NCBI GenBank assembly: GCA_053919585.1
Contig: CM132804.1
Origin: Euprymna scolopes
Lineage: Eukaryota
Reading direction: 5' to 3' (one strand)
DNA length: 64,000 nt
Shown: positions 38,444 through 52,440 of the stretch, one piece after another
Position numbering within the stretch: the stretch's first letter is position 1
How the letters are laid out: every line of letters begins with the position of its first letter
Translations under genes and position numbers: made by a program
The notes under the pieces: model-generated
Seen by the model: the letters and a program-made list of their open reading frames with translations, nothing else
Database searches by the model: none
What the model was told of the DNA's origin: nothing

Positions 38444-40017
38444 CCATACTTACAAAACTGTTTAAACGTTGTCTTAAGGAGAATAGTTTCCCATCTCCCT
38501 GGAAAACCTCATCAGTATGCCCTGTATTTAAGAATTCAGGTGATCGCTCATCCCCCTCTCAGTACAGGCCAATAAGTCTCCTGTGCGTCATGAGTAAGTT
38601 GCTAGAATCTGTGTTAAATACAGAAGTAATCAAACATCTCAACAAAAATAACCTTCTTAGTGACACTCAATATGGTTTCCGTTCTGCTAGATCTACAGCA
38701 GATGTCATTACAGTTATATCGCATAGGATTAGCGAATCTCTCGACGGTGGCAATCTTTCTAGAGCAATTGCTCTTGACATATCTAAAGCCTTTGATAGGG
38801 TATGGCATAAAGGTTTACTTCATAAGATCGCTAGCTATGGTATAGTTGGAAAAGTCTTCTCAATTATTAAATCATTTCTTTCTGATAGGTTCATAAGAGT
38901 AGTAGTTGAGGGGCAAAAATCAGAAGCTCACAGTATTAATGCCGGTGTCCCTCAGGGATCCATCCTGGGCCCAACTCTTTTCCTGATCTACATTAATGAT
39001 CTTCCAAATCATATCCTTACATCATTTGTAGACATTTATGCTGACGACACTACCATTTATGGTACCACATCTAAGACAGTAAACGACCAAGTTCTCTCCA
39101 ATTCTCTCTCCTCTGATCTTGAGCACGTAGTACAATGGGGAAAGGAGTGGCTGGTTACTTTTAATGCATCTAAAACCAAGCTTCTCTCTTTACATCATCA
39201 ACATTCTAATCCACATTTGTCATCAATTGAAATGAATGGCTCTCGTCTTCAGGAGGCCTCAAGTTTTGACAAGCTTCTGGGCTTGACCATTACTCCTGAT
39301 CTTAAATGGAACACGTATATCAAATCTGTTGCCAAGGCCGCTGGAAAAATGGTGGGATCTTTCTATCGATCCAGTAGATATCTCACTGCTGATGCTATTC
39401 TCTACCTATATAAGAGCCAGGTACGTCCAAGGATGGAATACTGTTGCCACATCTGGGCAGGAGCTGCTAGAAAGGACTTGTCCTGCCTTGATAGAGTTCA
39501 AAATAGACTTCGTAGCCTCGTAGGAGATGTCCTTTTCTCCTCCTTGCAACCTCTATCTCACAGAAGAGATGTTGCGAGTTTGTCTCTGATGTATCGTTAT
39601 TTTCATGAAAAGTGTTCAACTGAGCTTCAATCTTTGGTCCCCCCTCGCCAAACTTTCACAAGAAACACTCGTCTAGCTGTAAACACTATCAATAATTTCC
39701 CCCACTCTTTATCTGTGGCTAAACCTAAACGTAGATTCCATGAACAAAGCTTCTTTCTTAGAACTGCACGCCTGTGGAATTGTCTTCCGTTTTCCTGCTT
39801 TCCGGCTGACTACAATATGGTTGTGTTCAAGTCTAAAGTAAATAAGTTCTTGATGAGCCGTTCCATATAAGTTATTAAATTTACCAAATTTTCATTACTA
39901 ATGATTACTATATTGACCAATTTCTACTGTACACTCTTTAACCCTTATCCTTGAGTGGCCTCTGGGCCTTGATAATGTGGTGATGCCTTTGTAAAAAAAA
40001 AAAAAAAAAAAAAAAAA
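38444..40017 (+). mobile_element. 5'-truncated CR1/L2-type LINE with uninterrupted RT frame (to 39870) and poly(A)
   Basis: YRPISLL, QYGFRSARST, LDISKAFDRVWH, GVPQGSILGP, YADD, MEYCCHIW; poly(A) 39993-40017. Confidence 0.96.
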
Positions 40018-41288
40018 CTTCCAACGGCATACTGTTTACTACCAGTACGGCAGTCATAAGAGAATTCTTGTGGGAGACTGCTAGAATTATACTGGGAACG
40101 CCATAGTATAGAAGATATTTCTGCCTGTGGTCAGAATCGCACTACGTATCTTTTTGGGGGTTTACATAACAACCCACTAACAATGGATTAGGAGCAGCCA
40201 GAATCCACCAACCTATCGGTGTAACCTATTTATCTTTAATTTTATTACGGGGAGCACTTCCTCCACTGTATGTGAGGAAGAAATAATGCTGGCCTTTCGC
40301 CGCTTGCCACGTTTCCCCGACACCTAGATGCGATATAAACTTGCTGCTAGCATCGATAACTGTATATCTCCTGCGGCGTATTTCTTGCTTTGCCTCCGGG
40401 CTGCTGGCAATCTCTGGAAAAGGGAGTGAGATATCCACAGTTTTGGCACTGCGCTGCGATTGCGCGCTTTTAATCGAAGGTTGAAAGTGGGTCACCATGA
40501 GCACTAGCGATAACTCTGCGTCGCCCGATCGCCTCAGCATCGGATCATCCATATGTACCTCTTTTGTTATGAGTGCTCGACCTTACAGAACTCTGTTTCA
40601 GTGTTATGTGATTTATCTTTGAGGACCTACGCAATTGCTAAACCGAACTGATTGGTTTCTGACCTGAAAACACAAATGAGCTATCGGTCAGAGGAGTATT
40701 CTTTGATTAGACGTGACATGTTTTGTATCTCACACTAGTATTCAATTTCCCCTGGGCGCAAGCAACGGCATATAAAATTTACTAATGCAACGAAAGGTTC
40801 CGGCGAAAAAATACGAGGAGGTCTTCTTTCTCCTTATTTTAAACGCTCCTACTGATCATGGACTACCTATCAACATACTGACAGAGACACGCACTTCATC
40901 TTTAATGATAAAACACGCTCGGCATTGTCAATATCACCCATTTCGCACGCACACTCTACATATTCCAACTATCCAGATATTATGTAATCGAGTGAGACGC
41001 TGAATTTCAAATGCTTTTTATCAAAGCATTTGAAATCTAAAAAAAAAAATATTATTAATAAAAAGTCGTTTGACAAGCACCCGGTCGAGTGGAATGCTTT
41101 CTTCATATCTTAAAAGAAATAAATCTTTATTTAAAAGAAAGATTATATTTTCATTTATTTTTTTAATGTTAACTTTTAATATTTAAAGCCATAGAGATAT
41201 TAAAAGCGATCCATCTGATTCGGTATAACACTTTTTGCATAAAATAAAATGCATGAAAATAATATAGTTACTTACAATAAAATAATTA

Positions 41289-42494
41289 TACGTAGGAGCT
41301 GCCTTCAATAATTTTTCAAACTTTTTTCGTATAGGTACTTTCATTGATAGTAAACGCATTAAACTCTACTCCTTCGGCTGCAATGCACTCATTGAATCGT
41401 TCGAACAACTTATGAAAGGCACCGTAGAAATCTTCTTATAAAAGCGTGTCAATGACCTTCGTCACGACTTATTTAATCTCCTCAATTATCTCATAACAAC
41501 AACCTCTAAGGTTTTCCTTGAGCTTAGGGAATAACTAAAAATTATGGGAAGCAAGGTCTGGATATAAGAAGTTTATGTTTATCTTGGTCTAATCGTCTGT
41601 GACAAAGATGGGGTTGTGGACTAGTTTTTTGTCCTGAGGAAAATCCAACTGACCCGATTTGAAGTTGGCTTCTTCCGACGGAATCTCTTCCTGTGAGAAC
41701 CCAGTGCATGTAGATCAGGTTTGTGCTGCCAAAAAAGTGATCATCATAAGTTTCTGAGAGGAATTGTTCTGCCTGACATTCTTGTGCCTGGGAGAGTCAA
41801 CATGCCTCCACCGGGCAGTCTGTCTCTTGGTCTCTTGGTCATAAATGTAGATCCACTTCTATTGCAAATCCCCAGAGCCTCAAGAGCTGCGGGATCTAAA
41901 TTGATCAGCTCGATTATCCCTCAGCTGCCATTACGTCTTTATTTCTAATCTTCTCTGAGCACCTTTTAGATAAACTTCCCGCAATCTTTCGCATCTTCAA
42001 TTCCTCGTGAATAACTGTGTACAGTTCCCACACTGACATCAAACTCTGCACATATTTTCTCTTTAGACACATGACGGTCCTAACCAATGAAATACTTTAT
42101 TTGGCCAATCGACTTTTGTGATCATACTTGCTAACTCCTCCCACACCTCTCATATTCTCTCATGCTACTCAAAAAGCGATGCTAGATTTATGCAGGATGC
42201 AGTCATTCCATACGTTTCTGTGGAATTTTACCACATATTAAAACATAATTTTACTATATATTGTTCTTCTAAATTGTTCTACCATCTTGATTGCATTGTT
42301 TGAAATTCACCAGTTGTATCAATCAGGCTGTACTATTGTATATTTCAATTCATGATGTAGCTGCATATTTGAACATGAAAACATAAACATTGGTCGGTCC
42401 TCTTATAAGACTATGAGCAATAACATATTAGTCTACAGCGATTTTTAATGCCTGCAGAAAAAAAAATCTGGAAACGTATTAAAGGCACATCGTA
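41289..42494 (-). mobile_element. Mariner-like transposon relic with TIRs
   Basis: PDLASHNF*LFPKLKENLRG...FNECIAAEG C-terminal motif; imperfect TIR tacg..tgcctt.aata..ttt.ca.a.ttttt at both ends, TA flanks. Confidence 0.8.
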
Positions 42495-44188
42495 CTTAAA
42501 TTGAATCGCAGGCTTAAATTCAAAATGTAAATAAGTTAAGTTAAATTAAGATTGGAAATAAAAACATTTTACTTACCTTTGAAGACTCCGATTTGGATAG
42601 TGGCAACTAATTATGGTCGTCGACTACTTTATTTGATTTCTCGGAACAAAGAGGTTTATTGTCCTGTTACAGACATCTTCGAATCACTTCTTCCAACATC
42701 CTCACATCTTAGAACAACGTGATAAACGGTGCTATTTTCTAGAATGTATTATTATAAATACAATTGTATTTTTAAACTTTACACAAACATAAAAGTAAAT
42801 TGTAAAATAAAAATAATCGCCGACTTCAATTAAATGATTACACTCAAAAAGTAAATTTGAAAAACATGTGTATTATAAATGTGATTAGCAAATCAGCTTA
42901 TTTCTAAGTGTTTCTACCAGATTTAATTTTGTATAGACTTCTATTTATAATTGTATTCTAGCCAGATTTAATATAATACGTTTTGCTTTGTTGCACTACT
43001 CCATATGTCTCTAATTAAAAAAGGTTATATATTTAAACGATGCTGTGCATTATACGTATATCAACCGATAGGCATGTGATGCTTTAAGTTTAAATCATGT
43101 TTATCGTCGTTAAATTATGTAGATTATATCTTTTGAATATCACTTTTCTGTTTTCTTATAATTAGACTTAAGACTTTCAGTTTGTAATTCACTTCTTCAT
43201 TTAAAAGCCAATTGTTTTTGGGCGAAACATTCCTAGTTTTAAAATTCTAATTGAAATATATGCTTGCGATTTCTGCTTATTGTTCCTCCACTTTTCGTTT
43301 TCACAGTGAAAACATTTATACTCCATTTGCAATTGTATACTTAAACGCCCATGTAAATCAATTTTCTACATGTATTTACAATATATCCCGTCAATTTAAA
43401 TGTGTATTTATTAAATAGTATCGGATATTTTCAAGAAGAAAAATTAAAGCCCCCCCCCCACCAAATTGAAGCAGCAATATTCCATGCCAGCAGCTTTCTG
43501 GAAATATATCGATGCGTTTCTGAATGTGTGTGTACCAGTTTAAAGTAATTGGTAAATTTAAACACGGACCCAACACTGTATATAAAAGACCCGATAAGAA
43601 ACAAACAAAACAAAAATAGAAACTTCGACACTAGTTGTCTTTCCGTAGAAAAAAGGCATTTCTCGTTTTCATACGAAGTCTATGATGCATATTTTCAAAG
43701 CCGACAGATTATGGTAGTATTTCTGATTTTCCATCTTACGATCAAGTAACAATTTCGTAGTCTGCAGCTATAACTAGCTGTTATGTGTATAATTCGTTCA
43801 ATGGTTCAAAGTTGTCCGACATCCTGCAAGATTCAAAGCATTGACAAGTTCTTCAACTTTGCTCTGAGTGTTTCGCACCGAGACACGATTTATCTTCTAT
43901 TTATGTCTTTGACGTCATGATAGCGACACTGCTAGACAATTTGGGTATGTATCAGTAGCTTCGTTGTATAAGTATCAAAGATTTATACGTTCGGTAGCTT
44001 CGTTATATCAAGTATCAAAGGCTTCTTTTATAGTAGAGATATTCATAATCCTACAATATTTCCAAAAGGAGAGGAGATATAACATATGAGAAACTTTGGA
44101 ATAAAAGCACGCTTTGCTATTATTTCAGATCATTTGAAACCATAGCAACGAGTTATAGTGTCCCCTCTATCAAGGACGGATGTTTTGG

Positions 44189-44242
<54 letters not shown>

Positions 44243-44372
44243 TTGAAGTTTTTAACCTTTAAAACTATACAAAAAAATATTTTTTATCATTCGTTAGAAA
44301 ACCATCTAGTCAGTAAGTCATTTAATCACCTGCAAGCACTGCATCAACTCGCTCTCGAATTTACTATAATAC

Positions 44373-44404
44373 CAATAATTTATTTTTCAAGGGATCATCA
44401 GTTG
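44373..44404 (-). ncRNA. Ultra-minimal hammerhead-like motif (no stem II) in a ~200-bp cassette between (TA)n tracts
   Basis: caa-CTGATGA-tccctt-GAAA-a(ataaa)t-TA|ttg. Confidence 0.45.
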
Positions 44405-44430
44405 TTTACCATGAAACACTGTTTCGGGGA

Positions 44431-44494
<64 letters not shown>

Positions 44495-44495
<1 letters not shown>

Positions 44496-45060
44496 TGAAA
44501 TTATCTCTCTCTGTGTTTGTGTGTGTACATTTATCTACCTAACTACTCATAAAAAGGTATTGAAATTTGGGAAAATCTTTTTAATCGGTGTTCGGCTAGA
44601 AATTTGACTGTCACCGGCGTCCAAATTCAATGATTTGATCTCTACCAAAACTCTACCAAATTCATGCGCTAATTTTTGGTTTAAACAGTTGAAATTCTAG
44701 AGGCAGGTTACTTGGATATGGATCAAACTTTTTAACTTTATTTGAGCCTGAATCAATTTATGTTAAGGGGTCAAAATTGGGATCAAATTTTAAAACAAAA
44801 TTACCTCTTTGGTCTCTACCAAATTACTCAGCCAATTTTTTATCTAAACATTTGAAATTTTATATAAAGTGTATTCAGACGTATGGCAAGTTGTAGCCAT
44901 TTTTGTCCGATAATTTGGCTGTCAAAGGGTCAAAGTTCAAAAGATTTTACTTTTGCGGTCTCTAGAAAACTATTCAGCCAATTTTTGGTCCTAAACATTT
45001 GAAATTTAACATAAAGTGCATTCAGACATTTAGCAAGTTTTTTAATCAGTTTTTAGGCGA
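44495..45060 (+). mobile_element. Diverged family-A Helitron 5' portion
   Basis: aagtgaaa..tgtgtacattt..ctctaccaaa..aaacatttgaaattt blocks shared with 27383-28238. Confidence 0.7.
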
Positions 45061-45270
45061 AAATAATTTGGTTTTCTCCATTTTGAGAGTGTCACTCCTT
45101 TATGAGGATGCTTGTTTAACCCACGCTGTCTGTTTGGCGTCTATAAACATAAACTTATCGATGATTGTGCAGACAGGAACACGTGATATGCTTGACAACC
45201 TTTCAAAATCTGACTGCAAATCGCTGTTGTCTACTCACCACTAGATGGATAGATTACCATAAAAACAGAC

Positions 45271-45301
<31 letters not shown>

Positions 45302-45418
45302 AAGGCAAAGAGACAGATAGACAGGCAGACAGATAAGCAGATGCATAGATAGATACACAGGTGATTTGAAAAACCGATAGATAGCTAAACAAATAATTTA
45401 CTGCTTCTGCTCGACCAC

Positions 45419-45491
<73 letters not shown>

Positions 45492-45946
45492 ATTAAATGG
45501 TAGCTTGCTTGAAGCATTGCTGGTATGGAAGTTTTACAAGCCAAAAGAAAGAGCCGAAATCACAAGTGTAAAGAAAGGAAAAACAAGCAAACACATAGAC
45601 GAGTATGTTTGAATAGGGAAATGCCTGTTTATTCATCCATCATTCCTCACCTCGTTGTATAATTAATTTGCAATCTAGTTGTTGCTATGTCCGGTGTATA
45701 TAAAGTCCTTTGGTGGCATGGAACTTTGATTAATTTTGAGAGAAAATACCCCCATTTAAAAAAAAAAAAAAAAGAAAACAAAAGTATATTCAAGAGCGCG
45801 GAAACAGAACAGGACTTCAGATAGAGGGTAGGACCGCAGTAAGATGTGACTACTTAAAACCGCAGGTAGCTGGGGGTAATTTTATTTATTTAGTTTTTCT
45901 TATACACATTTATTGGCTATGTATATATTTTTAAAATCATGTTTAG

Positions 45947-45949
<3 letters not shown>

Positions 45950-46017
<68 letters not shown>

Positions 46018-46110
46018 TACTCCATTATGTTAATGTATTTTGTTTATTTTTTATTTCTTTTTCTCCTTCATCTTATTCTTATTATAATTCTTCTTCTTCT
46101 CATTATTATT

Positions 46111-46177
<67 letters not shown>

Positions 46178-46180
46178 GTG
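45950..46180. repeat. (TAT)n microsatellites
   Basis: Seen directly. Confidence 0.95.
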
Positions 46181-46550
46181 TTGTTGTTGTTTTTTCAAAC
46201 TATTTACCCCGAAATTCTTTCTTTTTTATTATAGTATCGCAGTAAAATTGTGTAACTTATTGTGTAAGAGAGATAACGGTGTTAAACTTTATTTAAACTT
46301 TGTTATTATTATTATTTTTTACTAACTTAGTATGAATATATTTTTGTTGCTTATGTTTTTATTTTCTATTTTTTTTATTTGTATTGGTGTCCAAGGAGGA
46401 TAAATGGGTGTAATTTAATGTATTTCTTCGTTTTACTTTGTGGCTATAATAGTCTTTCTTTGTTTAAATATTAATTTTTATTATAGTCTCTGAGTAAAAC
46501 TCCGGATAAATAATGGAGAGATAACTGTGTTTAACTTCATTTCTTTTAGC

Positions 46551-46697
46551 TTTTTTTACAAGGTGATCACCACTTATCAAGGCACGGAAGCCACTCAGGG
46601 ATAAGCGTTATTGCATGTACAGTACGTTAGTGTGGGAATTTATATAAAAATGTCTAATTAAGGGGACGGTTCATCAGGAATATGTTTACGTTGGACT
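46551..46697 (-). mobile_element. Short LINE 3' end (same subfamily as 52693-54760)
   Basis: Reverse complement matches ~54605-54750 (ttatccctgagtggcttcc..gccttgataagtggtgatcac). Confidence 0.85.
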
Positions 46698-47833
46698 TTG
46701 ACAGGGTATGGCATGAAGGTCTTCTCAGGAAAATCAGATTATACGGTGTCACTGGAAGAATGCTTCACATAATTAAATCCTTCGTAGATAAGAGATAAAT
46801 CCAGCTTGTCATCGATGGTCATACATTTAAACAATATGATATAAATGCGGGAGTGCCTCATGGTCTATCCTTTGACTTCTATTATTCCTAATATTCATAA
46901 ATGACCTCCCTGATAAAATTGTCTGTGAGATGGATATATACGCTGATGACACGGCGCTCTATAACAGAAACGACAGGAAAACAAATGGACACGTATCTGA
47001 AGACATCGAAGAAACACGAGAGGATGACCTCCAATCCGTAGTGGAATGGAAACAAAAATGGATGCTCACATTCAATGCTGCCAAGACTAAACTTGTTCTC
47101 TTCAATAACTACAAGAACCCTTCTCTACCACCAATAGCAATGGCGAAAGACTCTTTATCTGAAAGCTCATCTTTAAAAGTCCTCTGTCTAACGTTCACAG
47201 GAAACATAAGTTGGAACAATTACATTGAGAGCATTGCCAGGACCGCTGCAAAAAAGGTAGGTTCTCTCTAACGTGCTAGAAAGCTACTGACCCCTGAAAG
47301 TATCCTGTATATCTATAAGGTCACCATTCGCCTATTATGGAGTATTGTTGTCATATTTGGGCCGCGACATCTGCTACTAATCTCTCACTCCTAGACAAGG
47401 TTCAAAAGAGAGTTGCCAATCTGATAGGCTCTGAACTGTCATCCAAGCTTCAGCACATCGACGAAATGTCTGTTCTACAATACTTTAACGATGAATGTTC
47501 CGAAGAACTGCAAGCACTTGTATCCCTTCTACATAAATACTCCCGAAACCCCGACAAGCAGCCAAATTCCACCCTTTGACAGTAGGAATCCCTAGATGAA
47601 AGAGAGCCTTATACTCCAGTAATTTTTCCCCAGAACAGCTAGACTTTGGGATTCCCTTCCAGGTTCCTGCTTCCCCAACTGTACTGACATGCAGAGGTTC
47701 AAGTGTAACGTGAACCGAGATCATGCTGCCAAACTCTCCCCCTAGTAGATCTGTAGCCTTTGTCCCTAATAGTAACCCCCTCCATAAAAGTGGCAATGTG
47801 CCTTGTTTGTGGTGAAAATGTAATTAAAAAAAA
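46698..47833 (+). mobile_element. Degenerate 5'-truncated CR1/L2-type LINE
   Basis: FDRVWHEGL, DIYADD, MEYCCHIW, with stops; A-tail ~47826. Confidence 0.9.
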
Positions 47834-47977
47834 ATGAGAAGCTAAAAATACAACTTATCAAGACCGGAACCACCTTAAGACAGCACCTAGCCCAGAAACA
47901 CTCACCACATACACCGGAGACTTGGTCCCTATCCAAATGCTCCATCTCAGATACAGGCTTATGCTTTAGCATAAAAT

Positions 47978-48038
<61 letters not shown>

Positions 48039-48744
48039 TTTTTCGGAAACACCATACTTCATAAAACAGTAAATAAAAGTCGGTAATTCAAATCATAAAT
48101 TATGAATCAGTTGAAGGCAATTGTGATGCATATATGAAAACGTAACACGAAATAAAGATTTAAAAATAAATTAAATGATACATCATTTATAATTACATTA
48201 AATAAATTATTGGAAAAAATCAAAAAAAAATCAAACAGTTATCCTAGAAACCACGGAATAATATTTGTTGAAAAAAACAAAATGACAAAAACATACTCTA
48301 ATAGTGACTGAGCAGCAGAAATGGACATAAAAGCAACCAGGAATCTGATCGCAAATACAGGGATTGGGTTGTATAAAGATAGCCAAGAGTTCAAAACACT
48401 CGTTTTGCGAACTAAGATTCGGATTTTTTAAATTAATACATACACACGCACGCACACATGCACGTAAGCACACTCGAACGCACAAACACGCACATACACA
48501 CACACACATATATATATATATATCATTTTCAACAATTTTATAAAGGAATAGTATATTGCATGACGATTCCATACGTTGATGAAAACAGGAAGACCTTGCT
48601 TTGATTGATTACAATCTATTTTCATAAACTAAACATAAATATATCCAAAAACAAGTGATGCAATTATGTGTAGGTAAATTCGTACAAAACCATACATGTT
48701 TAAGTTTATAATAAAATCAAATGCAAATTGTTTCTTTATGTATG

Positions 48745-49170
48745 TTTTTTACATTTCACCCCAAACTAAGCACAATAGCACTTTAATGTAGGGGTCTCTT
48801 ATCAGGGACATAAGTTTCAGGGACACTATCTAGGGAGTTTCGCAACAAGATGTTTGTTTACATCAGACTTGAACTTCTGCATGTAAGTACAGTTAGCGAA
48901 GCAGGAATCTGGAAGGGATTAGTAAATGTAGAATACTTTCTTACATCTTAGGATCTCGACTGTGTAGGGGTTGGACTTTGCTGGTTGTCTTGTTTGTCGG
49001 ATGAAATTACGTCGAGAGAGTACGATGATTTGTAGTTCGTCGGGCCATCTACCATTAAAATGCCTGTAAAATAGGCAGATGGATGCAACATTTCGTCGAA
49101 GAGACAGAGGTTGAAGCTTAGATGACAGGTGAGAACCTAATAGGTTGGCGACTCTTTTTTGAGGTTTGTC
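48745..49170 (-). mobile_element. LINE 3' fragment (28602-type subfamily)
   Basis: Reverse complement matches ~28880-29330. Confidence 0.85.
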
Positions 49171-49499
49171 TAATTGTTGGTATTAGAAAGCTTAATATAT
49201 AATATGTATTTAATAACTCTTAAAATATGCATTCGCATATTTATAATATTCTAATCAAATTTCGTGCTGAATAGTCTCATATAAACCTGGATTTAACTTC
49301 TTTTCATAAATGAATCAGCATAAACAAAGTTATTCAGATCTTTTAAAGAAAACAGGCATAAAAAATAAGCCGCTTTCATAAACAAATCACATTCAATCAG
49401 TGTTGAATTCAAAGGAATAGATATACTGATTCTCCAAAAAGTCACTTATTTATTTTGGAGGATATCTTTCTGTAATTATATTAATATATGACTAAGATG

Positions 49500-50600
49500 T
49501 TGGAGAGTTTTGGTAAAAGTTATATAAATTGAAACCATCTTCATTTATGAAAAATAATGTCTTTTAAATATTGACTATTTTCAGCATCGCATTACCAAAA
49601 CATTATTATTATGATGTTGCGAGTTTGTCTCTGATGTATCGTTATTTTCATGGAAAGTGTTCAACTGAGCTTCAATCTATGGTCCCCCCTCGCCAAACTT
49701 TCACAAGAAACACTCGTCTAGCTGTAAACACTATCAATAATTTCCCCCACTCTTTATCTGTGCCTAAACCTAAACGTAGATTCCATGAACAAAGCTTCTT
49801 TTTTAGAACTGCACGCCTGTGGAATTGTCTTCCGTTTTCCTGCTTTCCGGCTGACTACAATATGGTTGTGTTCAAGTCTAAAGTAAATAAGTTCTTGATG
49901 AGCCGTTCCATATAAGTTATTAAATTTACCAAATTTTCATTACTAATGATTACTATATTGACCAATTTCTACTGTACACTCTTTAACCCTTATCCTTGAG
50001 TGGCCTCTGGGCCTTGATAATGTGGTGATGCCTATGTAAAAAAAAAAAAAAAAAAAAAAAATGACAGATTGCAGAATCTCTCGATTGCGATTTAACTCCC
50101 TGAATTCGTTCCTTATGCTTACCTTCAATTCTTGCAATGTTTAGGTATTGTTAACATAATCTCTTTCTTTAAGATATCCCCACAAGAAAAAGTGTCGTTA
50201 CTTGAGTTACTTCTTACATGAAATGCCGTCGATAAGCCCGTTGATTCAAAATATTTTTCAACTCTTCTTGACATTTTAGACATCCTGTATAAATAAGCAT
50301 GCAGTAAGGGAAATGAAGAGTTTTTGGAAGGGGAGCGTTTTTTTTTTTCGGTTTTCAATGATTTGCAGCAGATTTTTTTTCGTCGGACAAAAATGTCATA
50401 TTTTCTCACGCTTTGTTTACCTCCATATTATTTTATTCCTTGGAATCGTTCTCATATACGTGTTGTGTTCTTCTATTGTTGGCACTTTTCATGGGAACAA
50501 CCTCCAAATATGCAGTAATTTAGTCAAGTCCACATAGCATTTTTCCTATTAAAAACTCTAGGAGAAATCTCAATCGCAAAGGAGAAGGTATACAATTCCT
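49500..50600 (-). pseudogene. Tc1/mariner-superfamily transposase relic split by a LINE
   Basis: FFLWGYLKERDYVNNT*TLQELKVSIRNE..EILQSV on one side of the LINE, C.AENSQYLKDIIFHK* on the other. Confidence 0.7.
49613..50061 (+). mobile_element. Young LINE 3' fragment, near-identical to 39568-40017
   Basis: About 5 substitutions in ~425 bp; poly(A). Confidence 0.95.
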
Positions 50601-51787
50601 GATTTATTTCAAGTATAAATTGTAAGAAGATACGTACCTTCGTTATTGGCCTGAATTTTATTAAAATGCACATATATTGAATCAAGTCTTGAAAAAAGTA
50701 TTGCAGTATTGATTATTGCATATACCATCAATGATACGAAACAAAAGAATTAGAAACATTATTTTGCCCCAATAAAAATTCTTTAATCCTTTATAACAAG
50801 ATTTTAACGGACGTTACATTACTCTATTCAACTTTTATATGACGAAATTTTTGTAGTTTTCTACTTTTTACAAGAAAATTGTACATATCTGTTTTTATGA
50901 TTGATGTAGTCTAAAACTATTTCCGATTCAGATAAAATTATTTGTACTGTTCGAGAATTTCCGATATGTTTAGTCTTTGAAGTTTACTTTGTTCGAGCTG
51001 TAAGTCACTTATTAATGCACAATATGTCAATTACTGTCTGCTCCTGTTTCATTTAATGTCTCTTCCTTCTTTTTTTATATTTTATATAAATTGAGATTTT
51101 CTTCTGTTCACAATTAATTTTTACGTAATAAATATACGAGGAAATGTTTTTCATTTCGATATATAAGATATATCAATTAATTTTTGGAATAAAAAAATGT
51201 CGCATTAATATTAAAAAAAACACTAAATTCTCAATAAATAAAGCAGATGCTTTGAAGGTAACAGAACCCGAATCCTTGAGTACGTCAGTCTGATGTTTTA
51301 CCAAATTGATATATTTGGTCATTCACATAAGTATACTTTCAAACATTACCTTGAAAAAATAATTATATATTTGGCGTGACTTTATAGATGCATAACTTTT
51401 GTCATTTTTTTTTTCAAAATATAAATTCAAAATTTAGCTTAAAAAAAATAAATCAATTAATGGGTAACCGTTCTCTATAGATTTGAAAGTGATTTTATTG
51501 TTTCTAAAACAATTTATTTTGCTTTAATCAGCTAGTGTGTAACATTCGCTCAAAATTGTATAATCATCCGAGCCTAACAAGAATATGCAGTCATATGTAC
51601 TTTTTCGTAATCAGTTCACAGATATAGGCTAACGGAATCAAGACATTGAGACTAAAGTATTGATCGCATGTGAAGATCCTTTATTCACGAATTGTATTTG
51701 CACATCATTCAACTCAATATACAAACTTTTAGTGTTTAAAGTAATTTTAAAAAAATAAAAGTCCAATTAATAAAAGTTTATATATGA

Positions 51788-51869
<82 letters not shown>

Positions 51870-52440
51870 CCTGAAATAAAGAACTAGATAAATCTAATTT
51901 AGGAACGAATGGGATATATAAAAACATTTTTTAAATGGCTAAGGGTTTTTTGTGAAAACTTCCTATGACTTTGTTCTTAAATAAGCATACGAAAATTAGA
52001 TGATATATTAATATTTAAATGGGCTTTACGTGCAGGTTACCCCAAGGGTAAATGTTTCTCACATGCTTTTTCCGTTAGGGGAATTTTGCTTTCTTTTTCT
52101 TTCGCTTCAAACAATGCCCTATTGTCAAGAGTGTTTTTATTCCTAAAGTCTGAAGAAATGCTGGATTTTGAAAATTGTAAAATGATATAATGATTGAAAT
52201 TGTCGACCGGGCATAGAAACAATTTTAACATAAAATGAAATACGCTTTTTGTTTCCATCAACACCTTTTTTGAGTGTNNNNNNNNNNNNNNNNNNNNNNN
52301 NNNNNNNNNNNNNNNNNNNNNNNNNNNNNNNNNNNNNNNNNNNNNNNNNNNNNNNNNNNNNNNNNNNNNNNNNNNNNNNNNNNNNNNNNNNNNNNNNNNN
52401 NNNNNNNNNNNNNNNNNNNNNNNNNNNNNNNNNNNNNNNN

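Noticed and set aside
42576-42710. Minus-strand exon candidate with strong AAG|GTAAGT donor
   Set aside because: Stops in all three frames; at most non-coding, unsupported
50124-50284. Minus-strand exon candidate with AG/GT sites
   Set aside because: Another frame shows the mariner FFLWGYLK motif; it is a transposase relic
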